Below, piece after piece: positions 24,316 through 36,469 of a stretch of DNA of 36,469 bases. The notes under the pieces are model-generated. The model searched no databases, was not told the origin of the DNA, and saw nothing but the letters and a program-made list of their open reading frames with translations. This DNA is from Kofleriaceae bacterium (GTDB lineage: Bacteria > Myxococcota_A > Polyangia > Haliangiales > Haliangiaceae), in contig JBKJLC010000198.1 in NCBI GenBank assembly GCA_046597055.1, positions 1 to 36,469 of the forward strand, in the 5' to 3' direction. Position numbers and translations under genes: made by a program. Numbering within the stretch: the first letter of the stretch is position 1; each line of letters starts with the position of its first letter.

Positions 24316-25134
24316 CTAGCCCTCCAGGGCGCGGCGGACGAAGTAGATGGCGAGCACCATCAGCGCGGCGCCGAACCCGGCGACCGCCATCCACGCCGTC
24401 CGCCGGCCGCGCCAGCCCAGCCCGAGCCGGACCGCGACCAGGGCCGCGTAGGTCAGCCAGGTGATGATCGCGATCGGATACTCGGGCCGCAACATGGTGT
24501 CGCCGCGCTGGGCGACCCAGGTGATGCCGAGCACCACCGCGGCGGTGAACACCGGGAACCCGGCCAGCACCAGCCGCTGCGACAGCTTGTCGAGCGCCTC
24601 GAGCGGCGCGTCCTGGTGCTTGAACGACAGGTTGTCGAAGCGCTTCTTCTTGAGGTTGCGCTCCTCGATCAAGTAGATCGACGCCAGCGCGGTCGCCAGC
24701 GCGAACACGCCAACGCCGACGGTCGCGAGCGAAATATGGATGCGGCCGAGCAGGGTCAGATCGGCCTGGGGCTGACCGACCGGCGATAGCCGGGCCGCGA
24801 TCAGCACGCCGAGCACGATCGGCGACAGGATCGCGCCGGCCAGCTCGAGCCGGTAGCGCAGCGCGGCCAGCAGGTAGCCGCCCGCGATGATCCACGCCAG
24901 CAGGCCGAGCGCCTCGCGCACCGACGCCGCCGGATGGACCCGGAGCACGCCGCGCCAGCCGATGTCGACCCCGTGCGCGATCAGCGCGAGCACCAGGAGC
25001 GCGCGGGCCGCGCCCAGCCAGCCAAGCCGGTTCTGCAGAAAGGTCAGCAGGAACCCGACCGAGGCCAGCCCGTAGAGCACCACCGCGACCCAGAAGGCCG
25101 GCGAGGGCGTGACCGAGAGCAGGCGATCCGACAT
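24316..25134 (-). CDS. ccsA: Cytochrome c assembly protein family (CcsA/HemX-like) membrane protein
   Basis: About 8 TM helices, HISLA, ERNLKKK, LEALDKL and GWRGRRTAW; upstream of hemA. Confidence 0.8.
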   Translation of the reverse strand: MSDRLLSVTPSPAFWVAVVLYGLASVGFLLTFLQNRLGWLGAARALLVLALIAHGVDIGWRGVLRVHPAASVREALGLLAWIIAGGYLLAALRYRLELAGAILSPIVLGVLIAARLSPVGQPQADLTLLGRIHISLATVGVGVFALATALASIYLIEERNLKKKRFDNLSFKHQDAPLEALDKLSQRLVLAGFPVFTAAVVLGITWVAQRGDTMLRPEYPIAIITWLTYAALVAVRLGLGWRGRRTAWMAVAGFGAALMVLAIYFVRRALEG

Positions 25135-25137
25135 GGG

Positions 25138-25434
25138 TCAGATGAGGGGGGTGCCGACGAAGCCGGCGACCACCTCGTACGCGGTGTCCACGTAGATGAC
25201 CGAGCTCGCCATGTGATCGGCGCCCATCTCGGCGAGCTGGTCCTCGTCCTTGACCCGGCCGATCAGGTCGTGGGGGTCGGCCTCGTTGCCGGCGACCCGC
25301 TCGAAGTAGACGGCGGGCTTGATCTCGAACGCGCGGGCCAGCTCGCTGAGCACCATCCGGCTGCCCTCGAGCGAGATCTTGCCCTCGGCGGACCACGCCT
25401 CGAGGCGCGGGTTGGAGATGAACAATCGGGCCAC
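25138..25434 (-). CDS. Conserved hypothetical protein
   Basis: DPHDLIGRVK...MGADHMASSVIY..TAYEV..GFVG; GGAGG RBS; TATGAT upstream; first gene of the hem operon. Confidence 0.75.
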   Translation of the reverse strand: MARLFISNPRLEAWSAEGKISLEGSRMVLSELARAFEIKPAVYFERVAGNEADPHDLIGRVKDEDQLAEMGADHMASSVIYVDTAYEVVAGFVGTPLI

Positions 25435-25586
25435 TCGTCCTCCGCCGGGACGCCCCGGACTTGCGCGATCATAGGCGCTTCCGGCCGGACCGGCAAAGCA
25501 CCTGAGTGCGCGTCCTGCCCGGTGGGCCAGTTGCTCGCGCCGGTGGCCGGGGCTACAACCGGGATCCCGTTTTCAAGGAGTCCGCG

Positions 25587-25916
<330 letters not shown>

Positions 25917-26017
25917 GCGCAGGGGCGATTCGGCCCACACGCGACCGCGCGACAGCCTCCTGTAATCGGTCGCGGACACTTGTCCGGGAAGCGTCGCGCG
26001 CGCAATAGAATGGGGTC

Positions 26018-27088
26018 GTGGCCCCTGCCACCGTACTTCCACGCGTCGGGCGCACGCCGATGTTCGACGAGCTCGACCTCGACGACCTCGAGTCCGTGCG
26101 TCTGCTGTTGCGTGGCGACTCGGTGGTCGACTGGCACCGGCTGTCGTTCCACGACGAGGCCGCGGTCGACCGGTTCCTGCGGCTGTGCGAGCTCGACCCG
26201 TCGTCCGACGCCGAGATGATGCGGCTCGAGGCGGTGCGGGCCGACGCGGTCGACTACCTGACCCGCGTCTACCAGCTCGCCCTGCCCGACGAGGTCGCCG
26301 ACGAGGTCGCCGCCCGCGATCTCTTGCTGATGGCCTCGCGCAGCGGCCCGCACCAGCGCGCCGCCTGCGTGGTGCTGAAGGTGATGCACATCATCTATCA
26401 CCTGGCCGGGCGGCAGGCGCTGCTGCGCCTGTCGGTGTCCGACGACGCGATCTTCCGCGAGGTCGAGCTCAAGGTGGTGCGGGTGGTCGAGGAGCTGCGC
26501 GCGGCCGGCTCGGCGGTCGCCGAGTTCGAGTGGAGCCGCAAGCCGCGCGACTCGCAGATCACCAAGCTGCTCGCCAAGCGGTCGACCATCGCCGCCAACA
26601 TCTACGACAAGCTGCGCTTCCGGCTGATCGTCCCGAGCTTCGACGACCTGGTCCCGACCCTGGCGACCCTGACCCGGCAGCTGATCCCGTTCAACTACGT
26701 CGTCCCCGGCGAGTCGGTCAACCAGCTGGTCGACCTGCAGGGCGTGGTGGCGGCGCGACCGCGGCTCAGTCAGCTCGCCAGCGAGCTGCAGCCCCAGGGG
26801 GGCAACCCGCTGAAGCCGCCGCCGACCAACGAGTTCTCGGGTCCCGAATACCGCATCATCAACTTCGTCGCCGACCTGCCGCTGCGGCTCGACCGGCTGG
26901 TACCCAAGTTCGACCCCGGGCCCGCCGAGAGCCACGTGGTCTTCGTGCTCACCGAGTTCCAGATCGCCGACAAGGCGACCGCCGCCGCCAACGAGAGCGG
27001 CGCCTGCAGCCACGAGGCGTACAAGACCCGCCAGCACGAGCGGGTGCGGATGCGCCTGCTCCGCACGCCCGACGACCCGCCCGAGTGA
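26018..27088 (+). CDS. TIGR04552-like protein with RelA/SpoT-type nucleotidyltransferase motifs
   Basis: LESVRLLLRGDSVVDW N-terminus; RKPRDSQITKL, IYDKLRFR, EFQI and HEAYK. Confidence 0.8.
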   Translation: MAPATVLPRVGRTPMFDELDLDDLESVRLLLRGDSVVDWHRLSFHDEAAVDRFLRLCELDPSSDAEMMRLEAVRADAVDYLTRVYQLALPDEVADEVAARDLLLMASRSGPHQRAACVVLKVMHIIYHLAGRQALLRLSVSDDAIFREVELKVVRVVEELRAAGSAVAEFEWSRKPRDSQITKLLAKRSTIAANIYDKLRFRLIVPSFDDLVPTLATLTRQLIPFNYVVPGESVNQLVDLQGVVAARPRLSQLASELQPQGGNPLKPPPTNEFSGPEYRIINFVADLPLRLDRLVPKFDPGPAESHVVFVLTEFQIADKATAAANESGACSHEAYKTRQHERVRMRLLRTPDDPPE

Positions 27089-27756
27089 GCCGGCGTCGCC
27101 CGCCGGTGGTGCGCGCCGTGGTCCTGGTCCTGTGCCTGTCGGCGTGCGCCTCCGAGCCGCCGTCCGCGGGCCACGAGCGCGGGCGCTGCCGCGCCGACCG
27201 CGGGTGTGACGACGGGCTCGCGTGCTGGTCGGAGCGGTGCGTGCGGCCGCCGGGCGCGGACTGCGTTGCGGTCGGCGCGCGGCTCGCCGCCGTCGAGTCC
27301 GGCGACCACGCCGGCCGCCCGCGCGGCGCGATCGTGCAGCAGCTCACCGGCGCGTGCCGGACCGCGCGGCTGACCGCGGCCGAGGGCGCGTGCCTGATCG
27401 AGGCGACCACCGACGACGAGCTGGGCCGGTGCCCGCGCGCGTTGCTCCCCGCGCTGGCCGGCGACCGCCGGGGCTGCGAGCGGCTGGCCGCCCACGTGGC
27501 GAGCCTCACGCGGGCCGAGCTCGCCCGCCGCGCGAACCTGCGCTCGTTGCTGGGCCCGGTGATCGACCAGCTCGGCCCGACCGTGACGCGGTCGTGCGTG
27601 GAGGACCGGTGGACCGACGAGACCAAGGCCTGCGTCCAGGACGCCACCGGCTACGACGACGGCGAGGCCTGCCTCGACCAGCTCGACCCCGCCGACCGGC
27701 GTGCGCTGGAGCGCCGGCTGACGATGCTGGTCAAGCGCGGCATGGCGATGCCGTGA
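27085..27756 (+). CDS. Hypothetical Cys-rich lipoprotein
   Basis: GTGA overlap with the upstream stop; LSAC lipobox; many Cys. Confidence 0.72.
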   Translation: MSRRRPPVVRAVVLVLCLSACASEPPSAGHERGRCRADRGCDDGLACWSERCVRPPGADCVAVGARLAAVESGDHAGRPRGAIVQQLTGACRTARLTAAEGACLIEATTDDELGRCPRALLPALAGDRRGCERLAAHVASLTRAELARRANLRSLLGPVIDQLGPTVTRSCVEDRWTDETKACVQDATGYDDGEACLDQLDPADRRALERRLTMLVKRGMAMP

Positions 27757-27823
27757 GGCGATCGCGCCGCCGCTCGCAACCGCCCGACCGCCCGGACCTT
27801 CCTGAGGTCCGAGAGTTGCCAGG

Positions 27824-28987
27824 GTGAGGCCTCCCGGGTACACCGAGGGCGTGGCCGGCGCCGAGGAGTCTATCCGCACGGATCCGCGCCTCGCGGTCGC
27901 CGACGCCCTGCTGAACGCCGAGTCTCCGGCGGCCGTCGCCGACGCGGTCGCGCGCGCGCTGCCCGCCGCCACCGGTGCGGACCGCGCGCTGCTGACGACC
28001 GCACCGTCCCCGACCACGCCGGTGGCGCACGCCGCCGCGGCCGGCGCCGAGGTGTGGCTGGGCTCGCCCGCCGACCTGCTGGCCCGCTATCCCGCGGGCG
28101 CCGAGGACGCGCTGGCCAGCGGGGCCCAGGCCTGGGTCGCCCTGCCGTTGGTGCCGCCCGGGGCCCCGGGCGCACGCCGGCCCCGTCGGCCGGCCGCGCT
28201 GACCCTCGCGTTCGCCAGCGCCCAGCGGTTTGACGCCGAGCAGCAAGACCGGCTGCGCGCGCTGGCTCGGCAGGTCGCGGTGGCGCTGCACCGCGCCGAG
28301 CTGCTCGACGGCCAGCGGTCGGCGGTCCGGTTTGCGGACGAGCAGATCGGGATCTTCGCCCACGACCTCCGGTCGCCGCTGGGCGCCATCGCGCTGACCG
28401 CCGACACCCTGCTGTCGGGCCAGCCCGATCCGTCGACCCAGCGCCGGTTCCTGCTGATCCAGCGCGGCACCAAGCGCATGGAGCGGATGCTCAACCAGGT
28501 GGTCGACTTCACGCGCAGCCAGCTCGGCAGCGGCCTGACCTTCACGCCCACGAGCGGCGACCTCGGCGCGCTCGCGACCACCGCCGCCCAGGAGGCCGGG
28601 GTCCGCACCGGCCGCAAGGTCGAGGTCTCGACCATGGGCAGCGGGCGCGGGGCCTGGGACGCCGACCGGATGCCGCAGGCGGTCGCGAACCTGATCGGCA
28701 ACGCCGCCGAGCACGGCGATCCGAGCGCGCCGGTGCGGGTCGATCTCGACGGCACCCATCCGGACCGGATCGTCCTCGCGGTCTGGAACGCCGGGGCGAT
28801 CGACGCCGAGGAAGCGGCCGCGGTGTTCGAGCCGTTCCGCGGCGGCCGCTCGCGTGGCAAGACCTCGGGGCTCGGCCTCGGCCTGCACCTCGCGCGGATG
28901 ATCATCGAGGCGCACGGCGGGTCGATCGCGGTCGAGTCGGGCCCGGGCACGGGCACGACCTTCACGCTTCAGCTGCCGCGGGGCTGA
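27824..28987 (+). CDS. Sensor histidine kinase (GAF-like + HisKA + HATPase)
   Basis: AHDLRSPL H-box, NLIGNA N-box, GLGLGL G2 box, HGGSI...GTTF; start may be GTG 27851. Confidence 0.9.
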   Translation: MRPPGYTEGVAGAEESIRTDPRLAVADALLNAESPAAVADAVARALPAATGADRALLTTAPSPTTPVAHAAAAGAEVWLGSPADLLARYPAGAEDALASGAQAWVALPLVPPGAPGARRPRRPAALTLAFASAQRFDAEQQDRLRALARQVAVALHRAELLDGQRSAVRFADEQIGIFAHDLRSPLGAIALTADTLLSGQPDPSTQRRFLLIQRGTKRMERMLNQVVDFTRSQLGSGLTFTPTSGDLGALATTAAQEAGVRTGRKVEVSTMGSGRGAWDADRMPQAVANLIGNAAEHGDPSAPVRVDLDGTHPDRIVLAVWNAGAIDAEEAAAVFEPFRGGRSRGKTSGLGLGLHLARMIIEAHGGSIAVESGPGTGTTFTLQLPRG

Positions 28988-29054
28988 CCGGCCGCGCGGT
29001 CGACGTGGGTGCGGGCCGGGTGGGATCCGCGGCCGCGCCGGTGCATGATCGGGC

Positions 29055-29444
29055 ATGGTCATCCTTGCCTCTCGTCTCGGTCGGGCCGCGCGGGTCGCCG
29101 CGCTCCTGGCCGCCGGTTGCGGCCCGTCCACGCCGGCGCCGGCGCCCCCGGCCTCGCCCGGCCCGACCGCCGTACCGGCGGCGACGGTGGTGACGCTCGC
29201 GCGGCTCGAGCACGGCGACCGCGCCTGCTACGTGGTGGTCGACGGCAGCGCCGGCGAGCAGTCGCTGCCCGGGGCCTTCGCGCTGTGTCCCGGGAACGAG
29301 TCCGACGCGAGCGCGCTGATCGGCCGGCGGGTCACCTACACGACCGAGCCGGCCAGCGTGCTCGCCGCGTCGTGCGAGGGGAACCCGGATTGCGGCAAGT
29401 CCGACCAGGTCGACCTGGTGACGACGATCTCGCCGGTGCCGTGA
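29055..29444 (+). CDS. Hypothetical lipoprotein
   Basis: LAAGC lipobox; GDRACY...LC...SCEGNPDCG. Confidence 0.7.
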   Translation: MVILASRLGRAARVAALLAAGCGPSTPAPAPPASPGPTAVPAATVVTLARLEHGDRACYVVVDGSAGEQSLPGAFALCPGNESDASALIGRRVTYTTEPASVLAASCEGNPDCGKSDQVDLVTTISPVP

Positions 29445-29475
29445 CCGCGGCGCGGCGCCGCGCCATGATCGCGGC

Positions 29476-32555
<3,080 letters not shown>

Positions 32556-32574
32556 GACCGCCTCGGCGGCCGGC

Positions 32575-33117
32575 TCACGGGGCCAGCCCCTCGAGCGCGT
32601 GGTCGCGCTCGCGCTGGGTGCGGGCGAACGCGGCGTCGACCCGGCGGTAGAGCCGCAGGACCAGCGGCCCGAGCGCGCCGCTCGCGATCGCGACCAGCGC
32701 GACCTCGAGCAGCTCGGTGCGGAGCTCGGCCAGGGGCTGACCGCTGCCCATGCGGACCAGCACGGTGAGCAGGGTCGCGACCGCGCCGATCGCGGCGGCG
32801 AAGCCGACGGTGACCGCCCAGCCGCGCACCAGGATCCGGCGCTGGACCAGCTGTCCGAGCACGCAGGTGAAGCCGGCGACCAGCGCGCCGGTCCCGGCCG
32901 GCGCGCCCGACAGCAGATCGGTCAGATACCCGGCGATCACCGCGGCGGCGACCGGCCCGGCCAGCCCCCGGCGGGCGGTCAGCCCGAGGTAGCCGGCGGT
33001 GACCGCCGCGATGTCGGGCGGGGTGGTGCGAAGGGGGCCGAGCGGCATCACCATCCACATCGCGCCGAGCACCAGCGTGACGCCGTAGCAGATGAGGACG
33101 AGGGTTGCGCTGCGCAT
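32575..33117 (-). CDS. mreD: Rod shape-determining protein MreD-like membrane protein
   Basis: Highly hydrophobic, PPDIA and GYLTDLLSGAP.G; position between mreC and mrdA. Confidence 0.75.
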   Translation of the reverse strand: MRSATLVLICYGVTLVLGAMWMVMPLGPLRTTPPDIAAVTAGYLGLTARRGLAGPVAAAVIAGYLTDLLSGAPAGTGALVAGFTCVLGQLVQRRILVRGWAVTVGFAAAIGAVATLLTVLVRMGSGQPLAELRTELLEVALVAIASGALGPLVLRLYRRVDAAFARTQRERDHALEGLAP

Positions 33118-33387
33118 GGCCCTGCCGGAGGGGCGACGGTCCTACCACAGGGTCCGAGCGGGATCGATCCTGAATCCGGGACGGCCCAGGCGGCGGCAGC
33201 CCGCCCGTCACGAGCGCTAGCGCCACAGTGTGGGGCCGCGATCGTGCCGGGGCGCGCGCCGCGCCGGTGCACCGTCGACGAACCCGCCCGGGTTCGAGCA
33301 GATCGGCGGCCGGGCGTGACTCACCGCCGGGGCATGTAGCTTGCAGCCGACCTGAACGACCGTGCCGACACGCGCGAGGGGGATGTC

Positions 33388-34122
33388 ATGAAGACCGCCA
33401 TGCTGACCGGAGTCGTTGTCGTCCTGGCCGCGGGTGGGGTGACCGCCCAGCCCACGGCCCCGGCCCCGGCCCCGGTTGCCGCACCACCCCCGCCGGTCGC
33501 ACCGAGCCCCAAAGGCGACGAGCAGACGCCGGAGCGGGTCCCGAGCCGTATTCCGGCAACGAACAAGCCGGCCGCGCCGGCCCGCGCCGGCAAGATCGAC
33601 GTCGCGCTCGAGGCGCGGATCAAGCCGTGGCCGTGGCTCGCGCGCAGCGCGGTGGTCACCACCCACGCGCGATACGGGGCACCGGCCGAGGCCAGCGACA
33701 GCCTGGTGATCTGGAACCAGGTCGGCCCGTGGAAGCAGGTGATCGTCCACCGCGCGGCGGCCGAGCACCAGTTTCCCGCCGCGCACCAGGACGTGCTCGA
33801 GCAGGTGATCGCGCTGGCGGTGCCGGCCGACAAGTTCGACGACCTGGCCGCGTTCGACGGCAGCGTGACCGCCCACCGCACCCGCGGCGAGCTGTCCGCC
33901 GCGTGCGACGTGGAGGCGATGAACTTCCTCGCACTCAACCTCGCCCACGACATCATCACCGACCAGCGGACGGTCGCCGAGGCGCGCGCGATGCTGGCGA
34001 AGACCGCGGCCGCGTACCGGCGTGGCGCCCGCGATCCGATGACCCTGCGGTTGACCTTCGAGCTGCCGACCGGGCCGACCGCGGATCCTGATCAGGCCAC
34101 GGGCCAGGTTACCCAGCGCTGA
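33388..34122 (+). CDS. Hypothetical secreted protein, antisense within the mre cluster
   Basis: Signal peptide, Pro-rich linker, then GPWK...HQFPAAHQDVLEQ...FDGSV...RTRGELSAACDVEAMNFLALNLAHDI; GAGGGGG RBS. Confidence 0.8.
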   Translation: MKTAMLTGVVVVLAAGGVTAQPTAPAPAPVAAPPPPVAPSPKGDEQTPERVPSRIPATNKPAAPARAGKIDVALEARIKPWPWLARSAVVTTHARYGAPAEASDSLVIWNQVGPWKQVIVHRAAAEHQFPAAHQDVLEQVIALAVPADKFDDLAAFDGSVTAHRTRGELSAACDVEAMNFLALNLAHDIITDQRTVAEARAMLAKTAAAYRRGARDPMTLRLTFELPTGPTADPDQATGQVTQR

Positions 34123-34241
34123 CCGCCCCGCGAGGCGGCTCTGGTTCCGTACAGATCGGGCGCGGCCTCCGGGCCGCGGCCGATCGAAAGGGAGGGTGGG
34201 ATTCGAAAGAATCACAGCCGCTGACTCGCCTTGGGATCGGC

Positions 34242-35180
34242 TCAGTACGGGCGCACGCTGAACGCTGGATCGCTGCGGCGATCCTTCTTCTTCGCAGACG
34301 GATCGGGCGGCGGCGGCGGCGCCAGCAGCACCAGCACCGCGCGCAGGCGCGAGAACGACACCGCGGGTCGCACCTCGACCTCCTGGAACATTCCGTAGTC
34401 CTTGGTCGAGACCTTGGATACCGTGCCGACGCGGATGCCGGCCGGGAACGCGCCGCCCAGGCCCGACGTGTAGATCTGATCGTCGACCTGCACGGTCAGG
34501 TCGAGGGTCGGGTCGCTGGCGCGCTCGAGCCACTCGATCTTGCAGGCGTAGCGATCCTTGGCACCCAGGCCGGTGAGGATGCCGCGACCACCGGTGCGCT
34601 GGACCACGACCTCGACCGACGAGCGGGGATCGGTCGTGAGCAGCACGTCGGCATGGTTGCCGTAGACCGTCTCGATGCGACCGACCAGCGCCGCCTCGTG
34701 ATCGTCGTTGACGTGCAGCGACGAGATCACCGGCATGCCGGGCTCGACCTCGCCGGCGCCGCGATCGAGGCGCAGCCGGAGCACCCGGAACGACGGCGAC
34801 AGGCTGGCGGCGACCACCCGGGCCCCAAGGGTGTCAGCCTCGGTCTTGCCCTTCAGCATCGCGACCTCCTCGAGGGCCTCGATGTCGAACGCCTTGCGCG
34901 CCATTGCGGCCAGCTCGCGGCGCAGCCGCAGGTTCTCGTCGCGTAGCTCGCGGTTCTCGTCCTCGACGTCGGTGAGCGCGACGTAGCCGCCCCACACCGA
35001 GCCGGCCTGACCGACCAGCCACGACACCGCGGCCTGGAGCGGCGCGCTGATGCGCAGCACCGCCTGATCGACGGCCCCGACCTCGGTCGGGGTGCGCAGG
35101 CTGGCGCGCAGCACCAGCGCCGGGATGATCAGGAACAGGACCGCGAGGCCCCAGTCGATCAGGCGCCGCCGCAGCGTCAC
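34242..35180 (-). CDS. mreC: Rod shape-determining protein MreC
   Basis: N-terminal TM, ENRELRDEN coiled coil, LDRG, LVGRI and TSGLGGAFPAGI.VG motifs. Confidence 0.92.
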   Translation of the reverse strand: MTLRRRLIDWGLAVLFLIIPALVLRASLRTPTEVGAVDQAVLRISAPLQAAVSWLVGQAGSVWGGYVALTDVEDENRELRDENLRLRRELAAMARKAFDIEALEEVAMLKGKTEADTLGARVVAASLSPSFRVLRLRLDRGAGEVEPGMPVISSLHVNDDHEAALVGRIETVYGNHADVLLTTDPRSSVEVVVQRTGGRGILTGLGAKDRYACKIEWLERASDPTLDLTVQVDDQIYTSGLGGAFPAGIRVGTVSKVSTKDYGMFQEVEVRPAVSFSRLRAVLVLLAPPPPPDPSAKKKDRRSDPAFSVRPY

Positions 35181-35218
35181 CCGGGCACCGGTCTACCTGA
35201 CGAGCGGCGCAACGCGAC

Positions 35219-36469
<1,251 letters not shown>

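Overview
Very GC-rich bacterial chromosomal DNA, most consistent with a myxobacterium (Myxococcota). This is inferred from gene content and order: ccsA-hemA-hemC, a TIGR04552-like gene, LysM-dprA-topA-trmFO, three-subunit sdhCAB and many Cys-rich lipoproteins. The right ~26 kb is mostly housekeeping: sdhCAB, an SDR, trmFO, topA, dprA, a LysM protein, cpoB/ybgF, hemC, hemA, ccsA, trxA, an orphan histidine kinase, and mreB-mreC-mreD-mrdA-rodA split by one antisense gene. The left ~10 kb is accessory: a four-helix-bundle/TPR-tail chimeric remnant, a lysyl-oxidase-family lipoprotein, a protein resembling the plant XLG/EDR4-like YWYD...NGRE domain, a GH26 lipoprotein and a broken HTTM-like gene. 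The best candidate for an undescribed system is a compact RiPP-like locus at 4347-6217. It has a 75-aa peptide with a double-glycine-type leader and three tandem GATCF(N/S)PA cores, divergent from a coupled GRDP/DUF1399-like gene and a TauD-family Fe(II)/2OG oxygenase, with a palindrome-bearing 55-bp direct repeat between them. No rRNA, tRNA, CRISPR array or transposase was recognised. All family assignments come from motif recognition, not database searches.
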